Shown one piece after another: positions 21,951-32,448 of a DNA stretch of 64,000 bases. Under the pieces are notes generated by a model that had not been told where the DNA came from, searched no databases, and saw nothing but the letters and a program-made list of their open reading frames with translations. The stretch's first letter is position 1, and each line of letters opens with the position of its first letter. The stretch comes from a virus: positions 34,504 to 98,503 of the IMG/VR virus record IMGVR_UViG_3300020192_000009, one strand, 5' to 3'. The translations under genes and the position numbers were made by a program.

Positions 21951-23984
21951 TTACGTAAGAAGTGTGCGAACGGTTAACGGACCTGCAACCCGCACACACA
22001 AATTGCGGGCGCCTCCATTGTCGGTGATCCACATGTCACCTATTGCAGGTGAAGGGGGATCTGCAGAGAGGGCGGGAAAGTTGGCAAGTGTTCCAGCGGT
22101 GATGCGCGTGACGGTTACACCGCTTGCATCTTGGTAGTTGTTCCCTTGCACGTCTACGTAGTTGTTCGCACTCGCAAACGTAGTGAAAGGAATGACTACA
22201 GGGCCAGCAACGCGCAAATCTCCGAGCGTTGCCATTCCAGCGGCAATGCCAGTACTGAAAACGATTGACCCAGAACGCATTCCGGTGGAATCAATAACAA
22301 CATCAGTGTTGCCTCCCCCGCTAGAAGAAAGGTTTCCTATGTTCATAGGGAGAAGCCCCATCGTAGATGCCGTCCTAATCGTTAAGCAAGGGAATGCACC
22401 AGCGGAAATTAGATCAATGCCATTTACAAGTAGCGGGCTGTCACTAAGTTGACAACGGCCTACCAGCGCCATAAGGAACGTTGGCCCGGAAGCGTTAGCG
22501 CCAAAAACCCCACTTCTAGATGCATTAGATCCGTTTATTGATAAAAGGAATCCCGAAGTATTTAGGTAACACGCGACTCCTATCGTCAGCGCTAGTGCGC
22601 GATTTATAGTGCTTGCCAATCCCATTGCTAACAGCGCGCAATCTTGCATGAAAAGATTCACACTGAAGTTGTTAAACATTAGCGAAATATCATTTTGCGT
22701 CCAACGTAAACCAGAACCGGGGGACGCTAATACAGACGCCTCATCGTAGTAAGAAAATAAGCATTGTAAATTCGCAACATTAGTAACCGATGCGCGCCTA
22801 TCGAATTGGAAGAAGCTTAAACGTAAGTTATTCGACATTGTAGCGAGGAACTGTACTAAGAACGTATTTTGTCGCGCTCTAAAGCCGACAACGTTAGTGC
22901 TACTAACACCGCCAGCATTGGTTATGCCACCTGCGCCGCTCAAGTCTGAATTTATGAAAATGTTGTCAACCGATACACCGGGAACTTCAATTGTGAACGT
23001 ATCCCCATCAGCGGGTGCTACGGTGAGCGTTCGACCGAGCGTGATCTGTGTGGAGGTATTGCGCCAGATCACGAGAGCTTGGTTCGTAAGCGCAGCGGTA
23101 ACGTTACCAGTGAACCGAACGCGCATACCATTAAGCGAAGTTATGCCAAGCAATTCCGCTGTAAGTGTTCCGCTAGCTACCGTGAAGATGCTAGTGGTAC
23201 CTCCCGCCGCACATGTCCAAACGCCGCCAGTACCGGGACCTGCTTGACCTTGCGCAGGGGCCAAAACCTTTTTGTCGGTAGCGCTGTTTGCGAAGTCCCG
23301 GGTTGTACGGCAGACCCAAAACCTGTATCCAGAAATGTCACGCAAATCCAGATCGTCTAACGTTACACCATCAGGTTTGAGGTATTGCACGTCGGTAATG
23401 CCAAGAGGATCGCCCTTGACTGCAATGACAATTGATCGTCCTAGGCCGTTGCTAGGCACAATCGCGCGAAGGCGCGTAAGCGTCTTGATTGCAACGGTCC
23501 CCGCTGCGGCCATGCTTACGTCACTGAAACCAATATTCGTGTCAGAGCCGCCCACATAATCGACAGCGTAATAACGAGTAGTCGCAAGCGGCCAAAGAGC
23601 TTGTGTGTTCTGACTCGTGCCAGAAGCCGCAAGACTTGTAACAACAAGATCCGCCGTTGCATATTTTGCAATGCTGACAACTGTGCCTACAAAAATGCCT
23701 GAACTTGCATCGGTTGTCGCACGGCCCGCCGTCGCAGACAACCAAAGCAACGATACACCGGGCGTGAGCGTCAAACCCGCTACACACAGCACATTCGCTA
23801 CTCCCGCCAACACAACGTTCGCAGGAGATCCGCTAGCGAGATTCAAACTCGAAGCTACAACGCCCGCAAACGCTGTTGTGGCGGCCCCCGCGGTGCCCGC
23901 ACCCGATAGCTGCACAACTGTGCCGTTTTGCGCGACTGTGGTCAGGCGTAGAGTTTCAACAATTTGTTCTGCAGCGTTTGCCAT
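21951..23984 (-). CDS. Putative spike/fibre protein, paralog 2
   Basis: Same architecture as 19249-21246 with a divergent middle. Confidence 0.6.
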   Translation of the reverse strand: MANAAEQIVETLRLTTVAQNGTVVQLSGAGTAGAATTAFAGVVASSLNLASGSPANVVLAGVANVLCVAGLTLTPGVSLLWLSATAGRATTDASSGIFVGTVVSIAKYATADLVVTSLAASGTSQNTQALWPLATTRYYAVDYVGGSDTNIGFSDVSMAAAGTVAIKTLTRLRAIVPSNGLGRSIVIAVKGDPLGITDVQYLKPDGVTLDDLDLRDISGYRFWVCRTTRDFANSATDKKVLAPAQGQAGPGTGGVWTCAAGGTTSIFTVASGTLTAELLGITSLNGMRVRFTGNVTAALTNQALVIWRNTSTQITLGRTLTVAPADGDTFTIEVPGVSVDNIFINSDLSGAGGITNAGGVSSTNVVGFRARQNTFLVQFLATMSNNLRLSFFQFDRRASVTNVANLQCLFSYYDEASVLASPGSGLRWTQNDISLMFNNFSVNLFMQDCALLAMGLASTINRALALTIGVACYLNTSGFLLSINGSNASRSGVFGANASGPTFLMALVGRCQLSDSPLLVNGIDLISAGAFPCLTIRTASTMGLLPMNIGNLSSSGGGNTDVVIDSTGMRSGSIVFSTGIAAGMATLGDLRVAGPVVIPFTTFASANNYVDVQGNNYQDASGVTVTRITAGTLANFPALSADPPSPAIGDMWITDNGGARNLCVRVAGPLTVRTLLT

Positions 23985-24322
23985 GTGAGAAAATTCCTTT
24001 CGATTACCGTAAACACTTTTTCGCGAACAGTTCTTGCGTCTTTGTCACTTGCTTGTCCAAGCGGCTAACGACGGCAAACATTTTGCCCTTGCGCCCTCGT
24101 AGTGCTTTGTCGTGGCCTACAGAGGCTTCGACAAGCGACGTGCGTACCGCTTGCAGACTGCGACTTGCCTTAATCAGCGCCTTAAGGGTCGTTGCCCCAC
24201 AATCAATCTGAGCGCCTCCTATGCCGCGCAGCATTCTTTGTGCGGTTTGGATATTGGACGCCCGCAAATACTCGACAACATTGCGAGTCTGCTTACGCGC
24301 TGTTTTTGATGTTGGCATCGGC

Positions 24323-24769
24323 TTACGCTTTCTTAAGTGGTTGTGTAACCGGCGTTGTGTCGGCCACAGCAGCCAATTCGGGAACCGCAGACGGCAAGGC
24401 CATCTTGTTTTTGAAACGCCAAACGTTGTACCCAAGCGCTACGGCTGCGGTTGCGACCATACTTGCTATCTGGGTGACTCTTGGGGACAACCCGGGAAGC
24501 TGTAGATCGGACAACGCCGCTGCGATGCTGGCCCCCACGCTGGCCAGTGCAACCCAAAAGGCCTTGGTCTGAACGCCAGGCCGATCAGTGCTCGCAAGCC
24601 CTGTGCTGAACACCGAATAGACGGCTGCCAGAATGATAGCCACTCCGGCGGCAACCCATTTCTCAGAACCCGTAAACCCCTGCAGGTACGTTGTCAGCAA
24701 TGCGCCGATAACCACAATGGCCGAAAGCCATGCTTCCGACTTTTGAACCGCATTCTTTTCGTTTGCCAT
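24323..24769 (-). CDS. Holin-like membrane protein with an internal duplication
   Basis: Four hydrophobic helices; VQKSEAW / VQTKAFW repeated motif. Confidence 0.55.
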   Translation of the reverse strand: MANEKNAVQKSEAWLSAIVVIGALLTTYLQGFTGSEKWVAAGVAIILAAVYSVFSTGLASTDRPGVQTKAFWVALASVGASIAAALSDLQLPGLSPRVTQIASMVATAAVALGYNVWRFKNKMALPSAVPELAAVADTTPVTQPLKKA

Positions 24770-25379
24770 TCTTCGATACTAACGGAAGCGCACGACCTTG
24801 AAAAATTAGGGAAAACCCACAACTTGACCCAAGGCCGCGCGAAGCGGTACGCTGTGGCAATGTTTCGCCGCTTTCCAGCATCTGTACGCAGCACCGTTGC
24901 AGGCATCGTTCTAGGGGACGCGCCCTTGCCCCGGGTGCCCGGCTTTTGCAAGCAATCACCTATGCAAGGTGCAACCCTCGGAAGCGTGCAAGCCATGCCG
25001 CCTGCAATGCGGGCAGCGTTTGTACGCAAAGCGGCCCAACGCCGCGCACGCCAAACATCAGCGCAGTCGCCTACCCATCAGCTGGAACAGGGGATCTTGC
25101 ACTTGATGTCCAACGCCAGCGAAAAAGGCCTTGAGCCCACAATCACACGCGTCACGAATTTGGCATTGGCTGCCGGATTGACGCGCCTTGGACTGCTTGT
25201 GAAAGTTGCCGGGCACCGCTTACGCCTGCATGACATGCCTGCCGACGAGAACTGGCCGGGAACCCAGACCAGCATTCGCGATTACATTCGGCCTAAATGG
25301 TTGCCGATTGAAGCGAAGCAAGTCCGGTATTACTAGGCTAGGCTCGGCTAGGCGCGGCGCGCCTCACCTGCGTTTTGCC

Positions 25380-25913
25380 TTATGCTTTCAAAATAGAGTA
25401 CGCGCCAAAAGCAGCTGCCGCGAGATTCAGGCCAACCAGCGACCAACCGACCTGCGGAGTCAATTCGCCGATTTCGACAGGTGTTGCATCGTTGCTAGGC
25501 GGCAAAGGCGTACGCACTACTTTGACAAGCGGTGCAATGTTGCCGCCTCGACGGCCTACCTCAGCGGCAATCAAGCCGCCAAGTTGCGTGGCGTTTTGCG
25601 CGACTTGCACAAGCATGAGGCTTCCTGTGCGCAACGCCTGCGGTGCCTGCCCACTACCCACATGGCGGGTTAGCGCACGGTTAACAGCAGCAACCGTCGA
25701 AGGGCCGACAACACCGTCAATCGTAACGGCCAACACCTTGTCGCCTACGAGCTTACCTAGCGCGTTGATCGCGTTCTGCAGCACTTCTGCTGCCGGTGCA
25801 CGATACCCAGCGCCAGGGCCCCCGCAATTGCCGTTTGGCGTTTGAACCCAACCGGTCGGACACGCATTGGTTGCGCCCAATGGCGCGCCACTGATTGAGA
25901 AAACTTCAGACAT
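25380..25913 (-). CDS. Peptidoglycan-binding-domain protein with a C-terminal TM segment
   Basis: LQNAIN...IDGVVGPSTVAAVN. Confidence 0.6.
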   Translation of the reverse strand: MSEVFSISGAPLGATNACPTGWVQTPNGNCGGPGAGYRAPAAEVLQNAINALGKLVGDKVLAVTIDGVVGPSTVAAVNRALTRHVGSGQAPQALRTGSLMLVQVAQNATQLGGLIAAEVGRRGGNIAPLVKVVRTPLPPSNDATPVEIGELTPQVGWSLVGLNLAAAAFGAYSILKA

Positions 25914-25954
25914 GCACTCAGATTACCGCGGAACGCCTCCACACGGCAAATTGC

Positions 25955-26359
25955 CTATGGGGAGACGACAGCCAAGCCAAACGGCGCTGTGATCAACATG
26001 CTCGAAACGGTTCCTGCGGGAGTCCGAATCTGTAGACGCGCGTATTGATGCTTACGTATTAGCTGTGTGCTAACCGCATACGTTCCGGCAGCAAACGTGC
26101 CAGAACCATTGGTTTGCAACGTACGAATAACAAGCGGCATAGCAACAACGCCCGCGCCTGCGGCTTCTTCTGCAATTTCACGAAACCAAAGCGTCGCCGC
26201 CGGATCGCTTGAAAATTCAAGGTACCAGGCGATTGAAGTGCCTACGCCACCTGTGACGGTAAACAGAAAATCGAGCGTCAACGTCTCGCCGACCATCAAA
26301 ATAGGCCGCGTTGGCTGAAATACGTTGGTTAGATTGCTGTTGTAAAGCTGCACAGACAT
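25955..26359 (-). CDS. All-beta structural protein (jelly-roll/spike-base-like)
   Basis: Alternating beta strands; LEFSSD...WF...YARLQIR. Confidence 0.4.
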   Translation of the reverse strand: MSVQLYNSNLTNVFQPTRPILMVGETLTLDFLFTVTGGVGTSIAWYLEFSSDPAATLWFREIAEEAAGAGVVAMPLVIRTLQTNGSGTFAAGTYAVSTQLIRKHQYARLQIRTPAGTVSSMLITAPFGLAVVSP

Positions 26360-26379
26360 GGGGCCAGCCTATCACACGT

Positions 26380-28385
26380 TCAAGTTTTCGTAGAAACCGT
26401 TCGCGTCAACGCCCATGTAACGCCGCCAAGTAAGCCGACAAACAAAGTGCCGTAAAGCAACGCCTCTGTGGCCCCGAGAGTCGCACCTTTATGTGCAGCC
26501 TTGTAAGCGGCTTTGGTTGCAGCTGTGGTCGCTGCTGTACCTGCGGCTTTACGGACCGCTGCTGTAATTGCAGGGATCGCAGCCTCACCGGCAGCCAAAG
26601 CCGAATTCATGACGGTCGCGATAATTTGCTTGGCCGTACTTGTAGAGATCAAAGCATTGCTAGCAAGATCTTTGACTTCGGCTACGTACGTCGCTTGTAG
26701 CTCAGGATCCATAAAGGGCGGTCCGTAGGGCCCATAACGCCCAAGCGATGCCGTAGCGAGCATTTAAACTGGTGCCCAACCCACACGGCCATCAGCGGCA
26801 ACGACAAGCTTGTAGCCATCGGCGGCAGCTTCTCGCACACGCGCTGCATTGGTCTGTGGAATGCTGACTGCCGTGTAGCGCCTGCTGTCAATCATGTGCC
26901 AAGGAATTGGATCCCCAATAAGGTGGCTAACCGTGATGGTTCCCCCTGTATTGTCGATAAGTACCGTGCTCCACCCCTTGGCATTTGGCCAAGCCATGAC
27001 AACGCTATTTTTGAGGTGGCGCGCCAACACTTCCGCAGCGAGCGCCGCATTGTGCGCTAACACAGGGCCCGAGCTTACAAAGTATTTGCGACGGCGCACA
27101 AGTGCAACCGTTCTGACGGTGGTAACACCTGCAAGCAGCCCAAGCCCTAAGAGCGTCAAAATCATTGTGCGATGCCTTTTTAACGTGCAATTTGCAAAAC
27201 ACTGCGCACATCGGTAAGCGCTAAATAAGGCTTCAAATTGGCGGCCAGCCGCATTGCAAGCTTTCGACGCAAAGGCTGCAATTGACGTGTTTGCCACGGT
27301 GACAACTCTGTATCGCCACGCACGATTTTGACTAAATGCCCTAGCATTTCATCAGCTTTTGCCAAATGCGATTTCCCGTAGGAAACGATACGTGCTGCGG
27401 GCTTTTGGCCGAGTCCAGATTGTGTCATCATTTGAATGCTGCCTTACGAAATGTGTAAAATTAACCCGCGCCGCTGGGCAGCCCAGTCAACCCGTGCGTG
27501 TGGCCATCCGAGTCATTAACTTGGACTTTGCCGTACTTCACGCGATGAAAGTGACTTGCAACAACATCGGTTACGCCATTGCCCTCGAAGTCGAGGAATG
27601 CACTGTGGTCGTGAACCGGCGAAAGGCGTCCTGATGCGCGCGTTGTTAGCTGTGGGGCGTACGCCGGGGGTGCCGTCGTAAGCCTTAAAGCGTCAACGCG
27701 CTCAGGATCTGGGTATGATCGTTGTCGAGACATGGCCCTAGTGTATGCCGGTTACGGCAGACTAGTAAGACTTGTTGCCGTTGTAGACGTTCTGAATCTG
27801 GCGATTGCGCGCCGTGAACGCCTGTGGCATCAACTGATTAATCATGGACGAAGAGTCCACAACACCTGCCCGAATGCCAGCGGCAGTTGACCGAACTTGG
27901 GGCCACATGCCTTCGCGCATGGTCCGCGCTGGGAAAGCGTTGTTGCTTCCGTACGCAGGCCCGCGTCGTGGGCCTTGAGGAATCTGCGCTTGTGGTTGCG
28001 GCATAGAAGGTGTCAAAGAGGCAACAACCATTGATCCAGGACCAGGACCCCTGGCCCCGAGACGCCCAAACTGTGGTTTGCCCGATCCGTAGCGCGGGGT
28101 AAACCCGAAGCCACGAATTTGAGCGGGAGCGGCATCGCCGCCCGCGTCCATCGCAGGACCACGCCCACCGCTGTCAGGCAAATTGCCGGGACGCATGCCA
28201 GCAGGCATACGCGGCAAATTTGGCCGAAAGGCTGCCATTGGCTGCATCGTCTGCTGAAACGGTGAAATGTTGGAGAAGAAACCGGTCGGTGCCAGTGAAG
28301 GCCGAAACGACGGCTTTGCTGGATCGGGCCGTGTGAACGGCATCCGGTAATTGTAAGGAACACCTTGGCCTAATGAAACGATCAT
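26380..28385 (-). other. Small structural or hypothetical genes (26380-26763, 26764-27165, 27180-27431, 27461-27733, 27762-28385)
   Basis: Contiguous - strand ORFs, several with TM or low-complexity regions. Confidence 0.5.
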
Positions 28386-28775
28386 GTTGTTTATCCTCTG
28401 TTAGTTCCGAATGCTTTGCAAGAACACGCCCGATTTGCGTCAAGCGCGAGGGCCCTATATCCTGAAAATAGACATGGCCGCCCGCAAACCCCCAGCAACA
28501 ACTGCATTCGATAACGACGACACGCCAACGCTTGTCGGGCCCCCCATAGGCCACAGTGCAAACCGGGAAATGCTGGCAATCATTGGCAATTACTCGCTCG
28601 AAGCCAAAGCCCATGGTGATAAACTGCAAGGGCTTTATGAAAGCCTACGCATGTTTGAGCGCCCTGTAGCGGGCGCATGGGGCGAGCGTCTATTAGAAGA
28701 GCAAACGCGCCATCACAATGCCAATACGGGCAACCTACGACAGCTTGAACAAGTCGTTGGCCGCCTGGCAGTAGG

Positions 28776-29393
28776 CTAGCCGTCGCGGCGCCCGCCACCT
28801 TTAAAAGGTGTATCGTCGCGGTGCCGAAACACACGAGGCGCTTTTTCAACAGGTACACGGGCCCGCGTATCCGCGCCTGCGACGTAAACAGCGCTTACCT
28901 TGTAAGGCCGCACAACAGACGCACCGGCATCGGCAGGGGCGCCGCTTACCGGGGGTTTACGGTCTTCGGCCCAAATATCACGAGCTTTGGACATTTTTGA
29001 GAACTTAGCGCCAGGAGGCGATCCCGCGGTTGGCCGCGCTTTAGACACTTTGCCTTTGCGGGCAGCGCGCGCATTCGCAGCCCGCTTTACTTCACGTCGA
29101 GAGCCCACCGCTGTTTGACTTTCGGCAAGTTCAGCGCGCAATGTCCGACCCGCGACAGCTTGGTTTTCGATGGCCTTCACGGCTTCAACAGGACTGCCGG
29201 TCACCTCAACAAAGCCGAACCCGCGAGAAATCCCGGTTGCGCGTTCACGCATGATTTTGGGGTTGATTGCAACAACCCCCATGGATAACAACGCTGCCAG
29301 CAACGTTCGTTCGTCAAAGGTTTGGGGCACATTGCCAATGAACAGCCGGGCGGGTGGCTGCTGTGCGGGTTTGCGCTGTGGTTTTGGAAGCAT
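28776..29393 (-). CDS. RRM-domain RNA-binding protein
   Basis: RNP2 LFIGNV, RNP1 SRGFGFVE, GRTLRAELA. Confidence 0.85.
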   Translation of the reverse strand: MLPKPQRKPAQQPPARLFIGNVPQTFDERTLLAALLSMGVVAINPKIMRERATGISRGFGFVEVTGSPVEAVKAIENQAVAGRTLRAELAESQTAVGSRREVKRAANARAARKGKVSKARPTAGSPPGAKFSKMSKARDIWAEDRKPPVSGAPADAGASVVRPYKVSAVYVAGADTRARVPVEKAPRVFRHRDDTPFKGGGRRDG

Positions 29394-29563
29394 TGTGTAG
29401 CCTTTGCTAGTGTTCACGTTGCAATTTTAAAGGCATTGCAGAACCTTTTGGCATCGCTACGATCATCGTCAACATTGCAATTTTGTAAGGCATTGCACAG
29501 CCTTTGTCACCCGAAGGCGAGATCGTCGTTGCAATTTCTAAGGCATTGCACAGCCTTTAATAG
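29375..29563 (-). CRISPR. Mini-array 2: three repeats (29418, 29474, 29528) plus a degenerate copy (29375-29410)
   Basis: Reverse-complement repeat GTTGCAATTT..AAGGCATTGCACAGCCTTT; spacers about 7, 20 and 17 nt. Confidence 0.8.
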
Positions 29564-29569
29564 CAGTAT

Positions 29570-29914
29570 TTAACGGAAGAGTTTGCCCAAAAAGCCGGTT
29601 AAAGAAGCGACGCCCTGTGCGCTTGCGAATGTCGCATACTTTGTGCCCCATTGAATCAAACAAAGGATAGAGCAAACGCACACACCGTCACCCGCGGGAG
29701 CGCCATTCATGTACTTTTTCAAATGAAAGAACGTCGCGCCTTGATCCGTCAAGGCTTTGGAACAGTGCGCGCATGTGTCACATGCCGTATCATTTGTGCC
29801 GGTCATGCGGAAATTCCTTTGTTGCAGCTTGTTGGTTTTGCGCGGCACCGGCACCGGCACCGGCATCAATTCAGCATACAGAATCGGTGTGCTCGGTGCC
29901 TTGCGCTTTGCCAT
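29570..29914 (-). CDS. Cys-rich hypothetical protein
   Basis: CDTCAHC...VCVCSILC. Confidence 0.55.
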   Translation of the reverse strand: MAKRKAPSTPILYAELMPVPVPVPRKTNKLQQRNFRMTGTNDTACDTCAHCSKALTDQGATFFHLKKYMNGAPAGDGVCVCSILCLIQWGTKYATFASAQGVASLTGFLGKLFR

Positions 29915-29959
29915 TTCAAGTCTCAAGGCTATACAACGCCTTCAGTTTTGCAACCCATA

Positions 29960-30412
29960 CTACGACTTGAACAGTAACCTTTCGATGATTTGCAACTCAC
30001 GAATCGCAGCGTCTTCGTCAGCGCTGCCGTGAACTGCATTGGCGGGGCCTTCGGTGCCGAACCGCCCGCGCAACGTTGCAGGCAAGGCTTTCTTGGGATC
30101 CGTTGCCCCGCAGAGATTCCGCCACTTTGCAATGGCGTCTACACCGTCAAGGACCATAAACACAGAAGGCCCGGAAACCGTATGCGCGATCAAGTCTGCA
30201 AAGAACGGTTTGCCCTTATGCTCCTTGTACAGGTTTGTGGCTTCGTGCACTTCCATGACATCCATGCCGAAAATCTCAAGCGTTAAGTCCGGCAATGCTG
30301 TTTCAATTGCTGTGATGATTTGACCGACAACATGCGCCGCGACAGCATCAGGTTTGATGATCGCAACTGTGAATTCGGTATCGTCGTCTGTTTCAGGTTC
30401 GTTGGTAGGCAT
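29960..30412 (-). CDS. ndk: Nucleoside diphosphate kinase
   Basis: IIKPDAV, YKEHKGKPFF, SGP, GATDP, TLRGRFG, NAVHGS. Confidence 0.95.
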   Translation of the reverse strand: MPTNEPETDDDTEFTVAIIKPDAVAAHVVGQIITAIETALPDLTLEIFGMDVMEVHEATNLYKEHKGKPFFADLIAHTVSGPSVFMVLDGVDAIAKWRNLCGATDPKKALPATLRGRFGTEGPANAVHGSADEDAAIRELQIIERLLFKS

Positions 30413-30424
30413 GAAGCTGTGTTC

Positions 30425-31072
30425 CTAAAAATGTTTTGAATCGCGCAGGCCACGAAGTATTTCAAGATGCGCGACTTGCGGGTCATCCGCAGCAGATGTA
30501 TCAATGATGCGCCATACCGCATTAGCGGTTTTTTCATTCCGCCGCCAAAGGTTGCGGTAAAGGCCCGCGACTTCTACTTGCTTTTTCGCATCAGCTTCGT
30601 AGTGGTCATCGGGGATTGGCTTACGCTTGCGCACAATTTCATACGGTGTTTCCAATAGGAAATTGAAATCAGCCTGAGGTAGGTTGGCTGACAGCTGCAA
30701 AAGCCAAACAGGATCGATCCCGTCAGAAATGCCGTACGCGTAAGCCGACTGCCACCAACGGTCAACAATAACGGTGCGGCCTTCCACAAGGTCTTGGCGA
30801 ATCTCTTGCGCAGCCGTGTACTTGTCGGCTGTAGCCAAACATTGGAACATTAACTTGTTTGCGCGCGCTACATCACACGTAAAGATGCTGCCTGTAATTT
30901 GCAACGCGACGTTACCGCGTAAATGCGCGCTCATAAGCGCGCCCAACTCGGTTTCGTAGCGAGGGAAGCTGTAGACCTTCGGATTTAGCCCACGAGCTTT
31001 ACACGCTTGCCGCAACCGCTCTGTTTGCGTTTGTTTGCCTACACCGTCGCAGCCTTCTATTGCAATAAACAT
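30425..31072 (-). CDS. tmk: Thymidylate (dTMP) kinase
   Basis: FIAIEGCDGVGKQTQ, SFPRY, IVDRWWQSAYAY. Confidence 0.9.
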   Translation of the reverse strand: MFIAIEGCDGVGKQTQTERLRQACKARGLNPKVYSFPRYETELGALMSAHLRGNVALQITGSIFTCDVARANKLMFQCLATADKYTAAQEIRQDLVEGRTVIVDRWWQSAYAYGISDGIDPVWLLQLSANLPQADFNFLLETPYEIVRKRKPIPDDHYEADAKKQVEVAGLYRNLWRRNEKTANAVWRIIDTSAADDPQVAHLEILRGLRDSKHF

Positions 31073-31391
31073 TCAAGTGCCCTTTGTGTTGATGGTAATA
31101 GCCGCCCACGTTTGTATTTCTGGTGAAAGCGTCGCCGGATCTACATTTTGGATTGTAGGTGGCTCGTAGGTGTCAGGTGCGCTCGCCAACATGTCGAACT
31201 CTTCAAGCTGAAGTTCTACCGCCTCAAGCGCTATGCAGACACACTTTAGGGTTTCGCGCTCATCGTAGTCTGCGAGATTGTCAAGCTGACCCTGCCTGAA
31301 AGCGCGTATGGCAGTCAACGCGCTTTCCCCTGCAGCGATCATCAAGTCTAGCCTGTGTAACAATTCTGGCTTTTTCATTGGGCGTTTTTTT

Positions 31392-31841
31392 CTACTCGCA
31401 TTCTTTGGTTTCGAGACGTAAGCCGACAAGGCCCAGGGCCAGCCGCGGCCTGTTGTATTGCTCATTCGCATATGTACGTTGTTGGATTTGAAAATCAATT
31501 GGTAGCCCTGTCATTTTCGTACCCAGTGCCGAGAACGCCATGCAAAGCGCCGCCCACTTTGCGTTCGTACAAGCGCGCACAGGATCCCCTAGACCCAAAC
31601 GCGCATACTCGGCATCGTCGAGTATTAAGCGCACGTCAACATCGCGCCATTCCTTGAAGAACGTTGCCGACCCCACAAGATACGGCAACGTACCAAATGC
31701 GCTCCACACTTGTGAACCGAATTCTTCCAAATACAATGCGGCGGGCATGCCAACATGATTTTGGCAAATGTACTTTTCAGGTTGCAATTTTAAAGGTATT
31801 GCGCAGCCTTTGTCACGTCGTTTGTCCTGCGGCTTTTTCAT
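31392..31841 (-). CDS. Minimal nucleotidyltransferase-like protein carrying an in-frame repeat copy
   Basis: YLVGSA...WRDVDVR...IDFQIQ (GS, DxD, D). Confidence 0.6.
   Translation of the reverse strand: MKKPQDKRRDKGCAIPLKLQPEKYICQNHVGMPAALYLEEFGSQVWSAFGTLPYLVGSATFFKEWRDVDVRLILDDAEYARLGLGDPVRACTNAKWAALCMAFSALGTKMTGLPIDFQIQQRTYANEQYNRPRLALGLVGLRLETKECE
31781..31816 (-). repeat. Solo copy of the CRISPR-like repeat
   Basis: GTTGCAATTTTAAAGGTATTGCGCAGCCTTTGTCAC, 2 mismatches to the array variants. Confidence 0.9.
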
Positions 31842-32448
31842 TAGATGCTTTGGCTACTCGCGGTCTTCGGGTTTGCTGGCTCTATGGCTATTCTGTGCTT
31901 CACTCGGTGTGAAAGCGTAAACGCAAAAGGCTTGCAGGGCCTCCCGGCGTCGAAATCGCTAATGAACTGCACAACAGCAGGCGAATTCATGATTCTGCGC
32001 TCCCTGTTATCTAGCGGCTGCATGAACGTTTTGTACACTTCATACCTAATGCCTGTAGTTTCAAGAATCGCGATTGCAACAGGACATTGGCACGTCCTTT
32101 GCTGTTTACCGCGATTGATATGGTCTGCAGTTATTTTGATTCTCACTGGGGTTAGCCGTCCCCTGATAATTGCAACACCAAGGCCTGAAGCTGTGCGATG
32201 CGCGCGTCTCTAAGAGCGCTTCGCGCATCGCGGTCAAAAGGCAAAAGTGTGTCGTCTGTTATGGGATCCAACACAGTGACATCAACAACGTCACCACACG
32301 TAAGGGTTTTCCCGCATTGATGGCACAAGCCTGGATTACCCAGGTCGGCAAGCAATACAGCCTCTTCAGGCGTTTCCGCGTCAATTGTGCAAGTTACGGT
32401 TGCGTCTACAATGGCAACAACACGGTACGTAGGCATGGGCGCTACCTC

